From: Bacilli bacterium
GTDB taxonomy: Bacteria; Bacillota_I; Bacilli_A; RFN20; CAG-826
NCBI GenBank assembly: GCA_024408335.1
Contig: JAKSVB010000007.1
Coordinates: 18,408 to 82,407 of the forward strand
Direction of reading: 5' to 3'
Length of the DNA stretch: 64,000 nucleotides
Shown here: positions 28,530 to 37,165 of the stretch, one piece after another
How the letters are laid out: each line of letters begins with the position of its first letter
Position numbering within the stretch: position 1 is the first letter of the stretch
Translations under genes and position numbers: made by a program
The notes under the pieces: generated by a model
Database searches by the model: none
What the model saw: the letters and a program-made list of their open reading frames with translations, nothing else
What the model was told of the DNA's origin: nothing

Positions 28530-30569
28530 TTAGTATAGCATTTCTTTGTAAGTTGGTAATGGATAATCGATGTCGCTAGCGATTTTTTCATAGCTATCGA
28601 CGACTTCTCTAAGGGAAGCGAGGAGAGGAACGATTCTTGCTTTGATATCAAGACCCTTTTCAAGTTCGCTTGCATATTCTTTGGTAGCGAATGCTTCGGT
28701 CTTGAGTTTTGTAAATGCTGTTCCGAGTTCGTCGAGGAGGGAAGAAACCTTCTCAAGCTTCTCTTTAGCGTACTTGCTATAAGCAGCTGCTTTGCTATAG
28801 TTTTCAATTTCTTTGACCATGTTAGGAACGACATATCCATCGACTAAGCTAAGCATTGTCTTTGCTTCGAGCATGATTGATGAGATGTATTGTTCAGCCA
28901 TGACGGTCTTTCTGGCTTCGATTTCTTTTTCGGTGTAGATGCCAGATTTGGTAAGAAGAGCGACGTTCTTCTCACTGTCGAAATGAGCGACTGCTTCAAT
29001 TGATGAAGTGATGTTTGGAAGTCCACGTCTAGCAGCTTCTTCAATCCATTCTTGGGAGTAGCCGTTTTTGCCATAGACGACGCGGCCATGGTTTTCCATG
29101 ACGTCTTTGACGTAAGCTTTAAGGACTTTTTCGTAATCTTCTTTTGCAGTCTTTTCTAACATTGCTATGACTGAAGCGACTTCGTCACCGATGATGGTAT
29201 CAAGAACGACGTTTGGCATAGCGCCACTAGCGCTGCTGCCGAGCATTCTGAATTCGAATTTGTTGCCAGTGAAAGCGACTGGTGAGGTTCTGTTTCTGTC
29301 GGTGTTATCTGAACCAACGTAGCCAAAGCCTTCGATTTTGCTAACTCTGCCTGTTTCTTTGGTGCTGATGCCAGCATATTCATCGATGATGTTTTCGATG
29401 GCGTCACCAAGGAAGATTGAGATGATTGCTGGAGGAGCTTCGTTGCAGCCAAGACGGAAATCGTTGCCTGGGTTTGAAGCGCTGATTCTAAGAAGTTCTG
29501 GATAGGTATCAACAGCTTTGATTAAGCAAGCTGTGAAGACTGGGAAGACGTCTGTTTTTGGATCGAAGACGTTAAGGCCGGTGTTAGCGCAAAGTGAATA
29601 GTTGTTGTGTTTGCCACTTCCATTAACGCCACCGAATGGTTTCTCGTGAAGGAGACAAGCAAAGCCGTTCTTGTAAGCCATTCTCTTAAGGACGTCCATG
29701 ATGACTTGGTTTTGGTCAACGGCGACATTTGCTTCAGCGAAAAGTGGAGCAAGTTCGAATTGGCGTGGAGCGACTTCGTTGTGCTCGGTTTTTGCATAGA
29801 TGCCGAGTTTCCAAAGTTCTTTATCGACATCGTGCATGAAAGCGTGAACACGGCTTGGGATTGAACCGAAATAGTGATCTTCGAATTCTTGTCCTTTTGG
29901 AGCGCTGTCACCAAAGAGGGTACGGCCTGTAAGCATGAGGTCGAGTCTCTTCTTGTATTGGGCTCTATCGATGAGGAAGTATTCTTGTTCAAGACCGACG
30001 TTTGGTTTGACTTCAGTTACATCCTCGTGTCCAAGCATGTTAAGGAGCTTTGTGCATTTTTCATTAACGAATGCGATTGACTTAAGGAGTGGTCCTTTCT
30101 TATCAAGGGATTCGCCATAGTAGCTAACGAAGACTGATGGGATGCAAAGAACATTGTCTCTGATAAAGGCAGGTGAAGTGACATCCCAATATGTGTAGCC
30201 TCTTGCTTCGAAGGTGCTTCTAAGACCACCGCTAGGGAAGCTTGATGCGTCTGGCTCGCCTTTGATTAAGGTCTTGCCATTGAATTTGATGATGGCGTTT
30301 CCTTTAGAATCCTTGTCAATGAAGGCTTCATGCTTTTCTGCTGTTAAACCTGTTAATGGGTGGAACCAGTGGGTGTAGTGTGTGCAACCATGTTCAATAG
30401 CCCATGTCTTCATAGCAGAAGCGATTTCGTCTGCGCTTTGCTTATCGAGCTGTGTAGCGCTCTTCTTGCATTCTAAATACTTGATGTAGGTGTCTTTTGA
30501 TAAACGTGACTTCATGATTTCACCATCGAAGATCAACATACCAAAATCTTCAAAAACGTTCTTTTCCAT
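28530..30569 (-). CDS. glnN: Glutamine synthetase type III
   Basis: About 680 aa: THYTHWFHPLTG, EPDASSFPSGGLRSTFEARGYT, NGSGKHNNYS. The start is set at MEKNVFEDFG (30569), preceded by AGGAGAG, not at the track start (30614). Confidence 0.9.
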   Translation of the reverse strand: MEKNVFEDFGMLIFDGEIMKSRLSKDTYIKYLECKKSATQLDKQSADEIASAMKTWAIEHGCTHYTHWFHPLTGLTAEKHEAFIDKDSKGNAIIKFNGKTLIKGEPDASSFPSGGLRSTFEARGYTYWDVTSPAFIRDNVLCIPSVFVSYYGESLDKKGPLLKSIAFVNEKCTKLLNMLGHEDVTEVKPNVGLEQEYFLIDRAQYKKRLDLMLTGRTLFGDSAPKGQEFEDHYFGSIPSRVHAFMHDVDKELWKLGIYAKTEHNEVAPRQFELAPLFAEANVAVDQNQVIMDVLKRMAYKNGFACLLHEKPFGGVNGSGKHNNYSLCANTGLNVFDPKTDVFPVFTACLIKAVDTYPELLRISASNPGNDFRLGCNEAPPAIISIFLGDAIENIIDEYAGISTKETGRVSKIEGFGYVGSDNTDRNRTSPVAFTGNKFEFRMLGSSASGAMPNVVLDTIIGDEVASVIAMLEKTAKEDYEKVLKAYVKDVMENHGRVVYGKNGYSQEWIEEAARRGLPNITSSIEAVAHFDSEKNVALLTKSGIYTEKEIEARKTVMAEQYISSIMLEAKTMLSLVDGYVVPNMVKEIENYSKAAAYSKYAKEKLEKVSSLLDELGTAFTKLKTEAFATKEYASELEKGLDIKARIVPLLASLREVVDSYEKIASDIDYPLPTYKEMLY

Positions 30570-30720
30570 AGATACTCTCCTATTTGCTTTTTTGTCATCA
30601 ATAGTTGTTTCCATTAATCAAAGATCAATCGCTACTTATCCTCATGCTATAAGGATCCGAAGCACTAGACTTAACTGGATTGCCTTTACTTTCTCCGACA
30701 AAAAATAAAAACATGGTCAT

Positions 30721-30749
30721 ACTATAATTAATGCAACCATTAGTTGCAA
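30721..30749 (-). promoter_or_regulatory. Candidate glnN promoter TTGCAA-17-TATAGT
   Basis: Read on the minus strand. It leaves a ~150-nt leader. Confidence 0.5.
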
Positions 30750-30824
30750 GAGGTAATTAACGAATTTCTATCAAATTTTATATATATACGCGTGCGCTAT
30801 GGTCAAATTAGCCGTTATTTGGCC

Positions 30825-30856
30825 AAAAATAAATAAACGCACTTTTTAGGTGCGTC
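30825..30856 (-). terminator. Rho-independent terminator after the FAD-oxidoreductase gene
   Basis: ACGCAC-CUAAAAA-GUGCGU followed by UUAUUUAUUUUU. Confidence 0.7.
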
Positions 30857-30884
30857 TATTATAGTTGTTTTGTTTTTGGATCAG

Positions 30885-32366
30885 TTATTGCTCGTTTTTG
30901 TGTTTATCATCGTGGTCGATGAGTTTGGCGACAAGCTTTCCAGTTATGGCGCTGCAGCCTAGTCCTCCAGGGGCGTAGACCCACTGATTGGATAAATATA
31001 AGCCTTCGATGTTTGATCTAGAGGACATGATGTTTTGCTTCATCTTAGGTCCTAAAGGATAGGTCATGAACGCTCCTCTATAGGCGTGGTTATACCTCTC
31101 ATATGTATGAGGGGTTGAAACGTCAATGAGTTCAAATTCGGCGCCATATTTCTTCTCAAGCATCTCTTTGTAGAAGTTTCCGATATCGCTTTTGAGCTTA
31201 ACGTATTCACTTCTAGGAAGAGAATCGATGAGCTTATAGTCCTCGTCATATGTTGTAAGCATGACTTGGACGGTAATGTATTCGTCGTTATTTAATGACT
31301 TATCGTAAGTGTAATGTCTAACAGAAAGGTAATCGTGGGTTCTACCAAAGAACTCGTATGGTTCAACTTTCTCAATGACCCCTACTTCTTCGTTAGATAA
31401 ATCCGCTTTAGTTTTGTAGCAAGCGATAACGAAGCTATATGTTGGGTGCTTAACTGGGTCAGCATCATATACTTCGTAAGGAGTTATAAGCGCGCCCTTT
31501 GGAAGAAGGTTATCAATCGCGTAATGTATGTCGCTAGCGATGACGACGTAGTCTGCATAGTATTCTTTGTCTTTGACCACTACGCCTTTGGCTATGCCAT
31601 CTTCTATGATGATTTTAGAGACATCAGAACAGTAATTGATCTTGCCACCAAGTGAGATGAATCTATTAACGATTCTATCTCTCATCGCATGGGATCCACC
31701 TTCAGGGATGCCATCGTTGCCAGCTATGAGGTTAGCAAGCGTTTGAAGGAAATAGAACGCATTGAAGTGATGGTTGATAAGAGATGTGTTAAGAGCCCAT
31801 CTGATAATTGGACTATTGAAGCTTAAAGCTAAGTCCTTAAGGGATAACTTCAAATATGAAGCGCAGTTTCTAATGAAATCCTTATCAAGAGTCATTTTGC
31901 TAGGGTCAAATAACTCCATAGGAGTGTCTGAATCAGGTTCAAGGTGACTCGTGTCGATAAGATACTTAATAGTCTGAAACATCTTTTCGATCGTTTCTTC
32001 ATCGCCTTCTGAATATCTTAAAAACTCTTCTTTGAGTTTCTCGAAGTCGTTATAGAAATTAAAAACCTTACCTTCGAACTGGGTTTGGTAGAAAGTATTG
32101 GTTTTGATGATTTTTGTGTCACTAGTCAACGCGCCTAATTCGTGCCAGATTTTGTTAATACCTGTGCCTTCTTTGGTGCCAAGCATCCAGTGAACGCAGC
32201 CATCGATCGTATTGCCTTTACGGTACCAGGATGTCAAAAAGCCACCGCAGTAAGGGTTCTTTTCGAAGATGGTCACATCATATCCAAGGAGTCTAAGGTG
32301 AATGGCTGTTGAGAGGCCAGATACCCCTCCTCCAATGATAATCACGTTTTTAATACTAGATGTCAT
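30885..32366 (-). CDS. NAD(P)/FAD-dependent oxidoreductase (phytoene desaturase/amine oxidase-like fold)
   Basis: Rossmann motif VIIIGGGVSGLSTAIHLRLLGYDVTIFEKN at the N-terminus. Substrate unknown. Confidence 0.7.
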   Translation of the reverse strand: MTSSIKNVIIIGGGVSGLSTAIHLRLLGYDVTIFEKNPYCGGFLTSWYRKGNTIDGCVHWMLGTKEGTGINKIWHELGALTSDTKIIKTNTFYQTQFEGKVFNFYNDFEKLKEEFLRYSEGDEETIEKMFQTIKYLIDTSHLEPDSDTPMELFDPSKMTLDKDFIRNCASYLKLSLKDLALSFNSPIIRWALNTSLINHHFNAFYFLQTLANLIAGNDGIPEGGSHAMRDRIVNRFISLGGKINYCSDVSKIIIEDGIAKGVVVKDKEYYADYVVIASDIHYAIDNLLPKGALITPYEVYDADPVKHPTYSFVIACYKTKADLSNEEVGVIEKVEPYEFFGRTHDYLSVRHYTYDKSLNNDEYITVQVMLTTYDEDYKLIDSLPRSEYVKLKSDIGNFYKEMLEKKYGAEFELIDVSTPHTYERYNHAYRGAFMTYPLGPKMKQNIMSSRSNIEGLYLSNQWVYAPGGLGCSAITGKLVAKLIDHDDKHKNEQ

Positions 32367-32580
32367 ATAATGTAATATACATTATTAATTTAGAAAGTCA
32401 TTCTTTTTTTACTACTTTGTCAAAAACTTTTAAAACAACAATCGTTTCTTAATTTTTTCTAAGTAACGATCGTCTTTTAGTTTTACAAAGATTTGTCTCA
32501 CCGGTGGTGCGACAATTTGTGTTTTTAATTTCCTTTGACTATTGGAAATCAAAGTCGAATAATCTTTCAAAATTCAAATA

Positions 32581-32612
32581 AAAACTCCGATGAATTTCGG
32601 AGTTTTGTTTTT
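32581..32612 (-). terminator. Rho-independent terminator downstream of tRNA-Pro
   Basis: A 10-bp stem (AAAACUCCGA/UCGGAGUUUU) with U-rich sequence following it on both strands. Confidence 0.75.
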
Positions 32613-32615
32613 AAA

Positions 32616-32693
32616 TGGTCGGGATGATGAGATTCGAACTCATGATCTTCAGTTCCCAAAACTGACGCGGTAACCAAGCTGCGCTACATCCCG
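32616..32693 (-). tRNA. tRNA-Pro (anticodon UGG), CCA encoded
   Basis: Acceptor CGGGAUG/CAUCCCG, anticodon arm UCAGU-UUUGGGA-ACUGA, T arm AUGAG-UUCGAAU-CUCAU. The D arm is slightly unusual. Confidence 0.85.
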
Positions 32694-32698
32694 GACTT

Positions 32699-32775
32699 TG
32701 GCGCGCCAGACAAGATTCGAACTCGTGACCCACAGATTCGTAGTCTGTTACTCTATCCAGCTGAGCTACTGGCGC
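32699..32775 (-). tRNA. tRNA-Arg (anticodon ACG), CCA encoded
   Basis: Full 77-nt cloverleaf folded by hand: acceptor GCGCCAG/CUGGCGC, anticodon loop CUACGAA, T loop UUCGAAU. Confidence 0.92.
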
Positions 32776-32812
32776 ATCTTATTTAACGTGCCCCTTTAAT
32801 AGGCGCTCAATA

Positions 32813-32841
32813 AATATAATGAAGTTAGGCATAGGAAGCAA
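32813..32841 (-). promoter_or_regulatory. Candidate promoter of the tRNA-Arg/tRNA-Pro unit (TTGCTT-17-TATATT)
   Basis: Read on the minus strand, about 35 nt upstream of tRNA-Arg. Confidence 0.45.
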
Positions 32842-32899
32842 GTACAAATTTATATTTTTCCCTATGTTTTTGCGATTTTTCTTCGTTATATTGCTTCTT

Positions 32900-32928
32900 A
32901 TAAAGAAAAGCCCCTTTTAAAGGGCTTT
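32900..32928 (-). terminator. Rho-independent terminator after the HTH gene
   Basis: AAAGCCC-UUUAAAAG-GGGCUUU followed by UCUUU. Confidence 0.7.
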
Positions 32929-32932
32929 AGGA

Positions 32933-33172
32933 TCATAGTTCCTCTTCTTCATTAGGACGATATTCTAGAATATCGCCTGGCTGACAATGAAGGATTTTGC
33001 ATATGGCATTAAGGGTTGAGAGCCTTACAGCGCTTACCTTGCCTGTTTTGAGGTTAGACATGTTCGCGTTGGTTATGCCTACTTTCTCAGCGAGCTCCGT
33101 AAGCGATATCTTACGGTCCGCCATAACTCTATCTAATCTTAGGATAATCATACTTGTTTTAGATTGTCTCAT
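32933..33172 (-). CDS. Small XRE-family HTH regulator (YozG-like)
   Basis: IILRLDRVMADRKISLTELAEKVGITNANMSNLKTGKVSAVRLSTLNAICKILHCQPGDILEY. The start is ambiguous: 33172 has an AAAGGA RBS, and 33151 is the alternative. Confidence 0.8.
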   Translation of the reverse strand: MRQSKTSMIILRLDRVMADRKISLTELAEKVGITNANMSNLKTGKVSAVRLSTLNAICKILHCQPGDILEYRPNEEEEL

Positions 33173-33737
33173 CGACATCCTTTTGGAGGGATGCGCCATA
33201 TTGATAGAGATAATATACTACAACAAGTACAAGTCCAACAATCAATGCAACCACCACTGTTGAGTTGATAAGAACCAAGATGGTGATACCGATGAATGAT
33301 TTCTTGAGGTCGCCATTGAGTTCAGTGTTGAATGGTGAATCGGCGTTTTCGAGTTTTAAGAACATCGACTTGATGAGGTTCATAAGGACAAGAGTGATGG
33401 CGCATGTGACAGCACCTTCAATGCAATCGATTGCAGCATTGCCAAGAACTCTTAATGCAAGATCCTTGTTTTCGAAGAGTTCAAGAAGAGTTGTCTTATC
33501 GAATAAGGCGATATAGATGTGGCTTGATTCACTAAGATTGATTTCGATAGCGCCCATTGTGTTTGGGTTAGCTCTAATATAATCAAGCACTGGGTCATAT
33601 GCTATTGCAGTAACACCGATGCAGATGAGGCCGATAATACAGAAGACAAGACCGACGATTGAGAGGATCTTTCCAACTTTAGCAACAGTAACGATTCCTT
33701 TTGAGAACTTATTAATTCTTTCTTTGTTTTGTTCCAT
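33159..33737 (-). CDS. DUF2975-like multi-pass membrane protein
   Basis: Four hydrophobic segments, immediately upstream of a YozG-like HTH, which is the usual DUF2975/YozG pairing. Start at MEQNKERINKF with a GGAGAA RBS. Confidence 0.6.
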   Translation of the reverse strand: MEQNKERINKFSKGIVTVAKVGKILSIVGLVFCIIGLICIGVTAIAYDPVLDYIRANPNTMGAIEINLSESSHIYIALFDKTTLLELFENKDLALRVLGNAAIDCIEGAVTCAITLVLMNLIKSMFLKLENADSPFNTELNGDLKKSFIGITILVLINSTVVVALIVGLVLVVVYYLYQYGASLQKDVDETI

Positions 33738-33924
33738 TTTCGTTTCTCCTTTTTTGGACAGGCATATTATTTGGCTAAATTTATTGTTTTGCAAGCACTT
33801 TTTATTGTTTTGCGATAATTCTTTATTGTTTTAGGTTATTGCGATTCAGTTATGCATCTTCTCTTTTTCTCTTCTTCTAAACAAAAAAGGCATCCTGCAA
33901 TAACAGAATGTCTAGTCTGATGTT

Positions 33925-33998
33925 TGGAGCATCCGGGCGGATTTGAACCGTCGGTGATTGAGTTGCAGTCAATTGCCTTACCACTTGGCTACGGATGC
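33925..33998 (-). tRNA. tRNA-Cys (anticodon GCA), CCA encoded
   Basis: Acceptor GCAUCCG/CGGAUGC, discriminator U, anticodon arm AUUGA-CUGCAAC-UCAAU. Confidence 0.88.
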
Positions 33999-34008
33999 AG
34001 CGCTATGA

Positions 34009-34037
34009 ATTATAGCACCCTCTTTTTATTGTGGCAA
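34009..34037 (-). promoter_or_regulatory. Candidate promoter of tRNA-Cys (TTGCCA-17-TATAAT with TGc extension)
   Basis: The consensus -10 ends about 10 nt before the mature 5' end. Confidence 0.55.
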
Positions 34038-34046
34038 TTCTTTCAA

Positions 34047-34080
34047 ACAAAAAAACCGCCTAAGTTTTTCTTAAGCGGTT
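34047..34080 (-). terminator. Rho-independent terminator after potD
   Basis: An 11-bp stem with one mismatch, followed by UUUUUUUG. Confidence 0.8.
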
Positions 34081-34097
34081 AAAGATTAATCTTTAAA

Positions 34098-35453
34098 TTA
34101 GAAGCTGGCTTTGAAGTTGTTCCACATTGTGTAGAGAGCAGCGTTTCCTTCAGCGCCGAAATCCTTCATGATTGCGCATCTGGTGATGACATCTTCACTT
34201 GGATATTGAGCGTCGAATTGGCGGCCTCTATCAGCCTTTGGAACGGAGATGACTGCTTCGTCTTTGACGGTGTCGCCGAAGAAGTAGCTAAGATCGACTT
34301 CATCGACATCCCCTTCTTCTGCATCATCTTCTGCTGCGTAGCATTCGTTGACATAGTCCCAGATTGCTTCGCCTGCGACAGCTGAGGTGTAACCGACAGC
34401 GTCCATGTTGTTGACGGCGACTTCTGGATCGTTAAGGAAGTTGACGAATGCTTTTGCTGCTTCGACGTTAGCGCCTTTTGGCATGCACCAGCCATCGAAC
34501 CAGACATTTGAGCCCTCGACTGGGACTTCGTAAGCGAGGATAACATCATCTTCTTCTGCTTCATCCATTGAGAAGACTGAGTCACCACTCCAAGCGAGGT
34601 TGACAAGGATGTTTTCAAGAACCATTTCGTTCTTGCCTTCATCGACTTCGAGGGTAACGTTGTCTTTGGTTGCGATGAGTGCTCTTTCGACTGCTGCTAA
34701 GGTTGTTGCATCGTGGCGGTTGAAGATCTCTGCGAGAGCGTCGTTGTATTCCTTATCGGATAATATTTCTGCATCATGTTGAGCTTTAAGGGTCATGAGT
34801 TCGTCTTTGTAGACGTGCATAACGCCTGTGAAGTAGGTATCACGGACAGAGTCTTTGAGGGTGATCTTCTTCTTTAATGAAGCGCCATTGATTGCGTTTC
34901 CTGGATTCCATTGGAAGTCCCAAGTTGAAACTTGTTCTTTGGTGACATATTTGGTGTTGTAGGTGTAACCCATTGTGCCCCAGAAATAAGGAACAGCGAA
35001 GTCGCTGAAGTTGTTGTCATTAAACAAGTCTTTGATGTATGGAGAAAGGTTATCGTTAACGTTATCTAAGCCTTCGGTGTATTTCTTACTTGTTTTGTTG
35101 TAGCCAAATGATTCGAGCATGCCTTCACTTTGCATCTTTTGAATCATGTAATCGCTTGGGCAGCAAAGGTCTGCTTTGACAAGACCATTTGAGATTTGTG
35201 AATACATGTCTTCGCAAGTGGAGAAAGTCTTATAAACGACTTTGATGGTTTTGCCAGTCTCTTCGAAATACGCTTTTTCGAAAGACTCGACTGTTGAATC
35301 ATCTACTTTGTTGTCTTTCTCATCGAGACCTTCGTAGATGTAGTCTGCCCAGTTATAGACAGTGAGAACGACATCGGCCTTTGGGCCACATGATGTCAAA
35401 GCGCCCATCGCAAGTAATGCGGAAGCGGCAAAAACGAGTGCTGATTTTTTCAT
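34098..35453 (-). CDS. potD: Spermidine/putrescine ABC transporter substrate-binding lipoprotein
   Basis: Lipobox MGALTSC, PotD-like body, last gene of the potABCD order. Confidence 0.85.
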   Translation of the reverse strand: MKKSALVFAASALLAMGALTSCGPKADVVLTVYNWADYIYEGLDEKDNKVDDSTVESFEKAYFEETGKTIKVVYKTFSTCEDMYSQISNGLVKADLCCPSDYMIQKMQSEGMLESFGYNKTSKKYTEGLDNVNDNLSPYIKDLFNDNNFSDFAVPYFWGTMGYTYNTKYVTKEQVSTWDFQWNPGNAINGASLKKKITLKDSVRDTYFTGVMHVYKDELMTLKAQHDAEILSDKEYNDALAEIFNRHDATTLAAVERALIATKDNVTLEVDEGKNEMVLENILVNLAWSGDSVFSMDEAEEDDVILAYEVPVEGSNVWFDGWCMPKGANVEAAKAFVNFLNDPEVAVNNMDAVGYTSAVAGEAIWDYVNECYAAEDDAEEGDVDEVDLSYFFGDTVKDEAVISVPKADRGRQFDAQYPSEDVITRCAIMKDFGAEGNAALYTMWNNFKASF

Positions 35454-35466
35454 TTTTATTCCCCTT

Positions 35467-36336
35467 TTAAGCCTTTTTCTTGGCTTTTCTTATATTAACA
35501 ATCGTATAGGCAACCATTGCCGCGACGATTAATACCATGATTATGGCCGTGTACGACCTGATTTGGATTGGAATGCTGCCTTTAGCAAGCTTTCCTTGGA
35601 CATAGGTAGAGATGGTTTGGAAGTCACCTGCTGAAGGCTTGGTGAATTCGGTGATGACATAGTCATCGAGCGAGAGAGTCATTGAGATCATGAATCCGCT
35701 TAAGATGCCTGGAAGAAGATCTGGAACCATGACTTTGAAGAGGGCTCCGGTTCTTGAAGCGCCTAAGTCCATAGCGGCTTCATAGAGGCTAGGATCCATT
35801 GACTCAAGACGAGGTTGGACGTTAATGACAACGAATGGGATGGTAAGGACGACGTGGCCAATGATAAGAGTGAATGCGTTTTTCTCAAGTCCCACAGAAA
35901 GGAAGAGAATGCAAAGAGATAAGGCCATGACGATTTCGGCGTTGACGATTGGGATTTGAGTTGAGAAGTTAAAGACTGCTTTAAGCTTCTTACCAAGGTA
36001 ATGCATGCCGATTGCGCCTGTGGTGCCAAGGATTGTTGAGATTAATGAAGCGACAAGTGCAACCCAAACGGTATTCCATGTTGCGTTCCAAATATCCATC
36101 GCACTCTTGTTGTTTGGGCTAAAGAGTGTGGTATAGCAATCAAGGCTGAAGCCTGACCATTTGCCGATGATCGTTGCGTCGGTGAATGAATAGAGAACGA
36201 GATACATGATTGGGAGATACATGACAAGAAGCATGAGCCAAACGAATGTAAGCGCGCTCCACTTCTTCACCTTCTCCTTTTTCGCGATCTTTTGGAGTCC
36301 GGCGTTTGTGGATTCGATGTTTCTAGTTTCTTCCAT
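35467..36336 (-). CDS. potC: Spermidine/putrescine ABC transporter permease
   Basis: EAAMDLGASRTGALFKVMVP EAA loop; six TM segments. Confidence 0.88.
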   Translation of the reverse strand: MEETRNIESTNAGLQKIAKKEKVKKWSALTFVWLMLLVMYLPIMYLVLYSFTDATIIGKWSGFSLDCYTTLFSPNNKSAMDIWNATWNTVWVALVASLISTILGTTGAIGMHYLGKKLKAVFNFSTQIPIVNAEIVMALSLCILFLSVGLEKNAFTLIIGHVVLTIPFVVINVQPRLESMDPSLYEAAMDLGASRTGALFKVMVPDLLPGILSGFMISMTLSLDDYVITEFTKPSAGDFQTISTYVQGKLAKGSIPIQIRSYTAIIMVLIVAAMVAYTIVNIRKAKKKA

Positions 36337-37163
36337 TATTTGCGGCCTCCTTTCTTTTCGGAGAAGACATTCTCAAAGACGGCTGAGACACCGATAAGGA
36401 CAAGCATGATGATTGCATAGACCGAACCGATGTGAGGTTGAGTGTTCTTTAAGAACGTTGTTTCGATTAAGCCACCGATTAAGGTGATGGTTCTATTACT
36501 TAATGCGTCGGTGATGACGTAAGAGGACATTGTAGGCATGAAAGTCATCGTTGCTGCGCTCACGATGCCTGGGATTGTCATAGGGACGACGGTCTTGATG
36601 AAAACTTGGACAGGCGATGCGCCAAGATCTGCTGCTGCTTCGATTTGATTCTTATCGAGCTTGAGCATGGTGTTATAGAGAGGGAGGATGGCAAATGGAA
36701 GGTAGTTATAGACCATACCGATAATTGATGCCACCCATGGAAGCTCTGCTGGGTTAATGCCGATTGCAATAAGAAGCTGCTACGTTGCGGATGTTCTAAT
36801 GACGAAGATGATCCACATTGGAAGAAGGAAGAGATAAACAAGAACGGCGATCTTACTGAACTTGCTATTAGCAAGGATGTAGGCGATTGGATAAGCGATG
36901 ATGACGCAGATGACGGTTGTTAAGGCTGCGACACCAAGAGACTGGCCAATGACCTTGAAGGTTGTGTTTCCTGTTTTTCCTTCGAAGATGCTTGCGAAAT
37001 TAGAAAGAGTGAATTCACCTTTGGCGTTAGTGAAGGCGTACCAAAAGATGAGAAGGATTGGGATGATGATGAATAAGACGAGGAACACTCCATATGGGAT
37101 GCTATAGAGTGAGCGGCCTTCCCTCATCTTGCTAGGACGTTTTACTGCAAGAGTGTTTTCCAT
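36336..37163 (-). pseudogene. potB: Spermidine/putrescine ABC permease PotB, one 275-codon frame interrupted by a single in-frame TAG at 36780..36782
   Basis: The two track ORFs (36780..37163 and 36336..36734) are in the same frame. The sequence reads ...LPMWIIFVIRTSAT*QLLIAIGINPAELPWVASIIGMVYNYLPFAILPLY..., continuous with PotB family order (EAAADLGASPVQVF loop downstream). Confidence 0.8.
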
Positions 37164-37165
37164 TA

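Noticed and set aside
30570-30720. ~150-nt glnN leader examined for a glutamine riboswitch, T-box or GlnR/TnrA site (TGTNA-N7-TNACA)
   Set aside because: Only short alternative 5-bp hairpins were found, with no match to the motifs as I remember them. It remains an unexplained leader, with nothing I can support.
36578-36874. 98-aa alternative-frame ORF spanning the potB break, considered as evidence for a frameshift
   Set aside because: The two PotB-like halves are in the same frame with an open 15-codon bridge, so a single TAG, not a frameshift, explains the split. The alternative-frame product is not permease-like.
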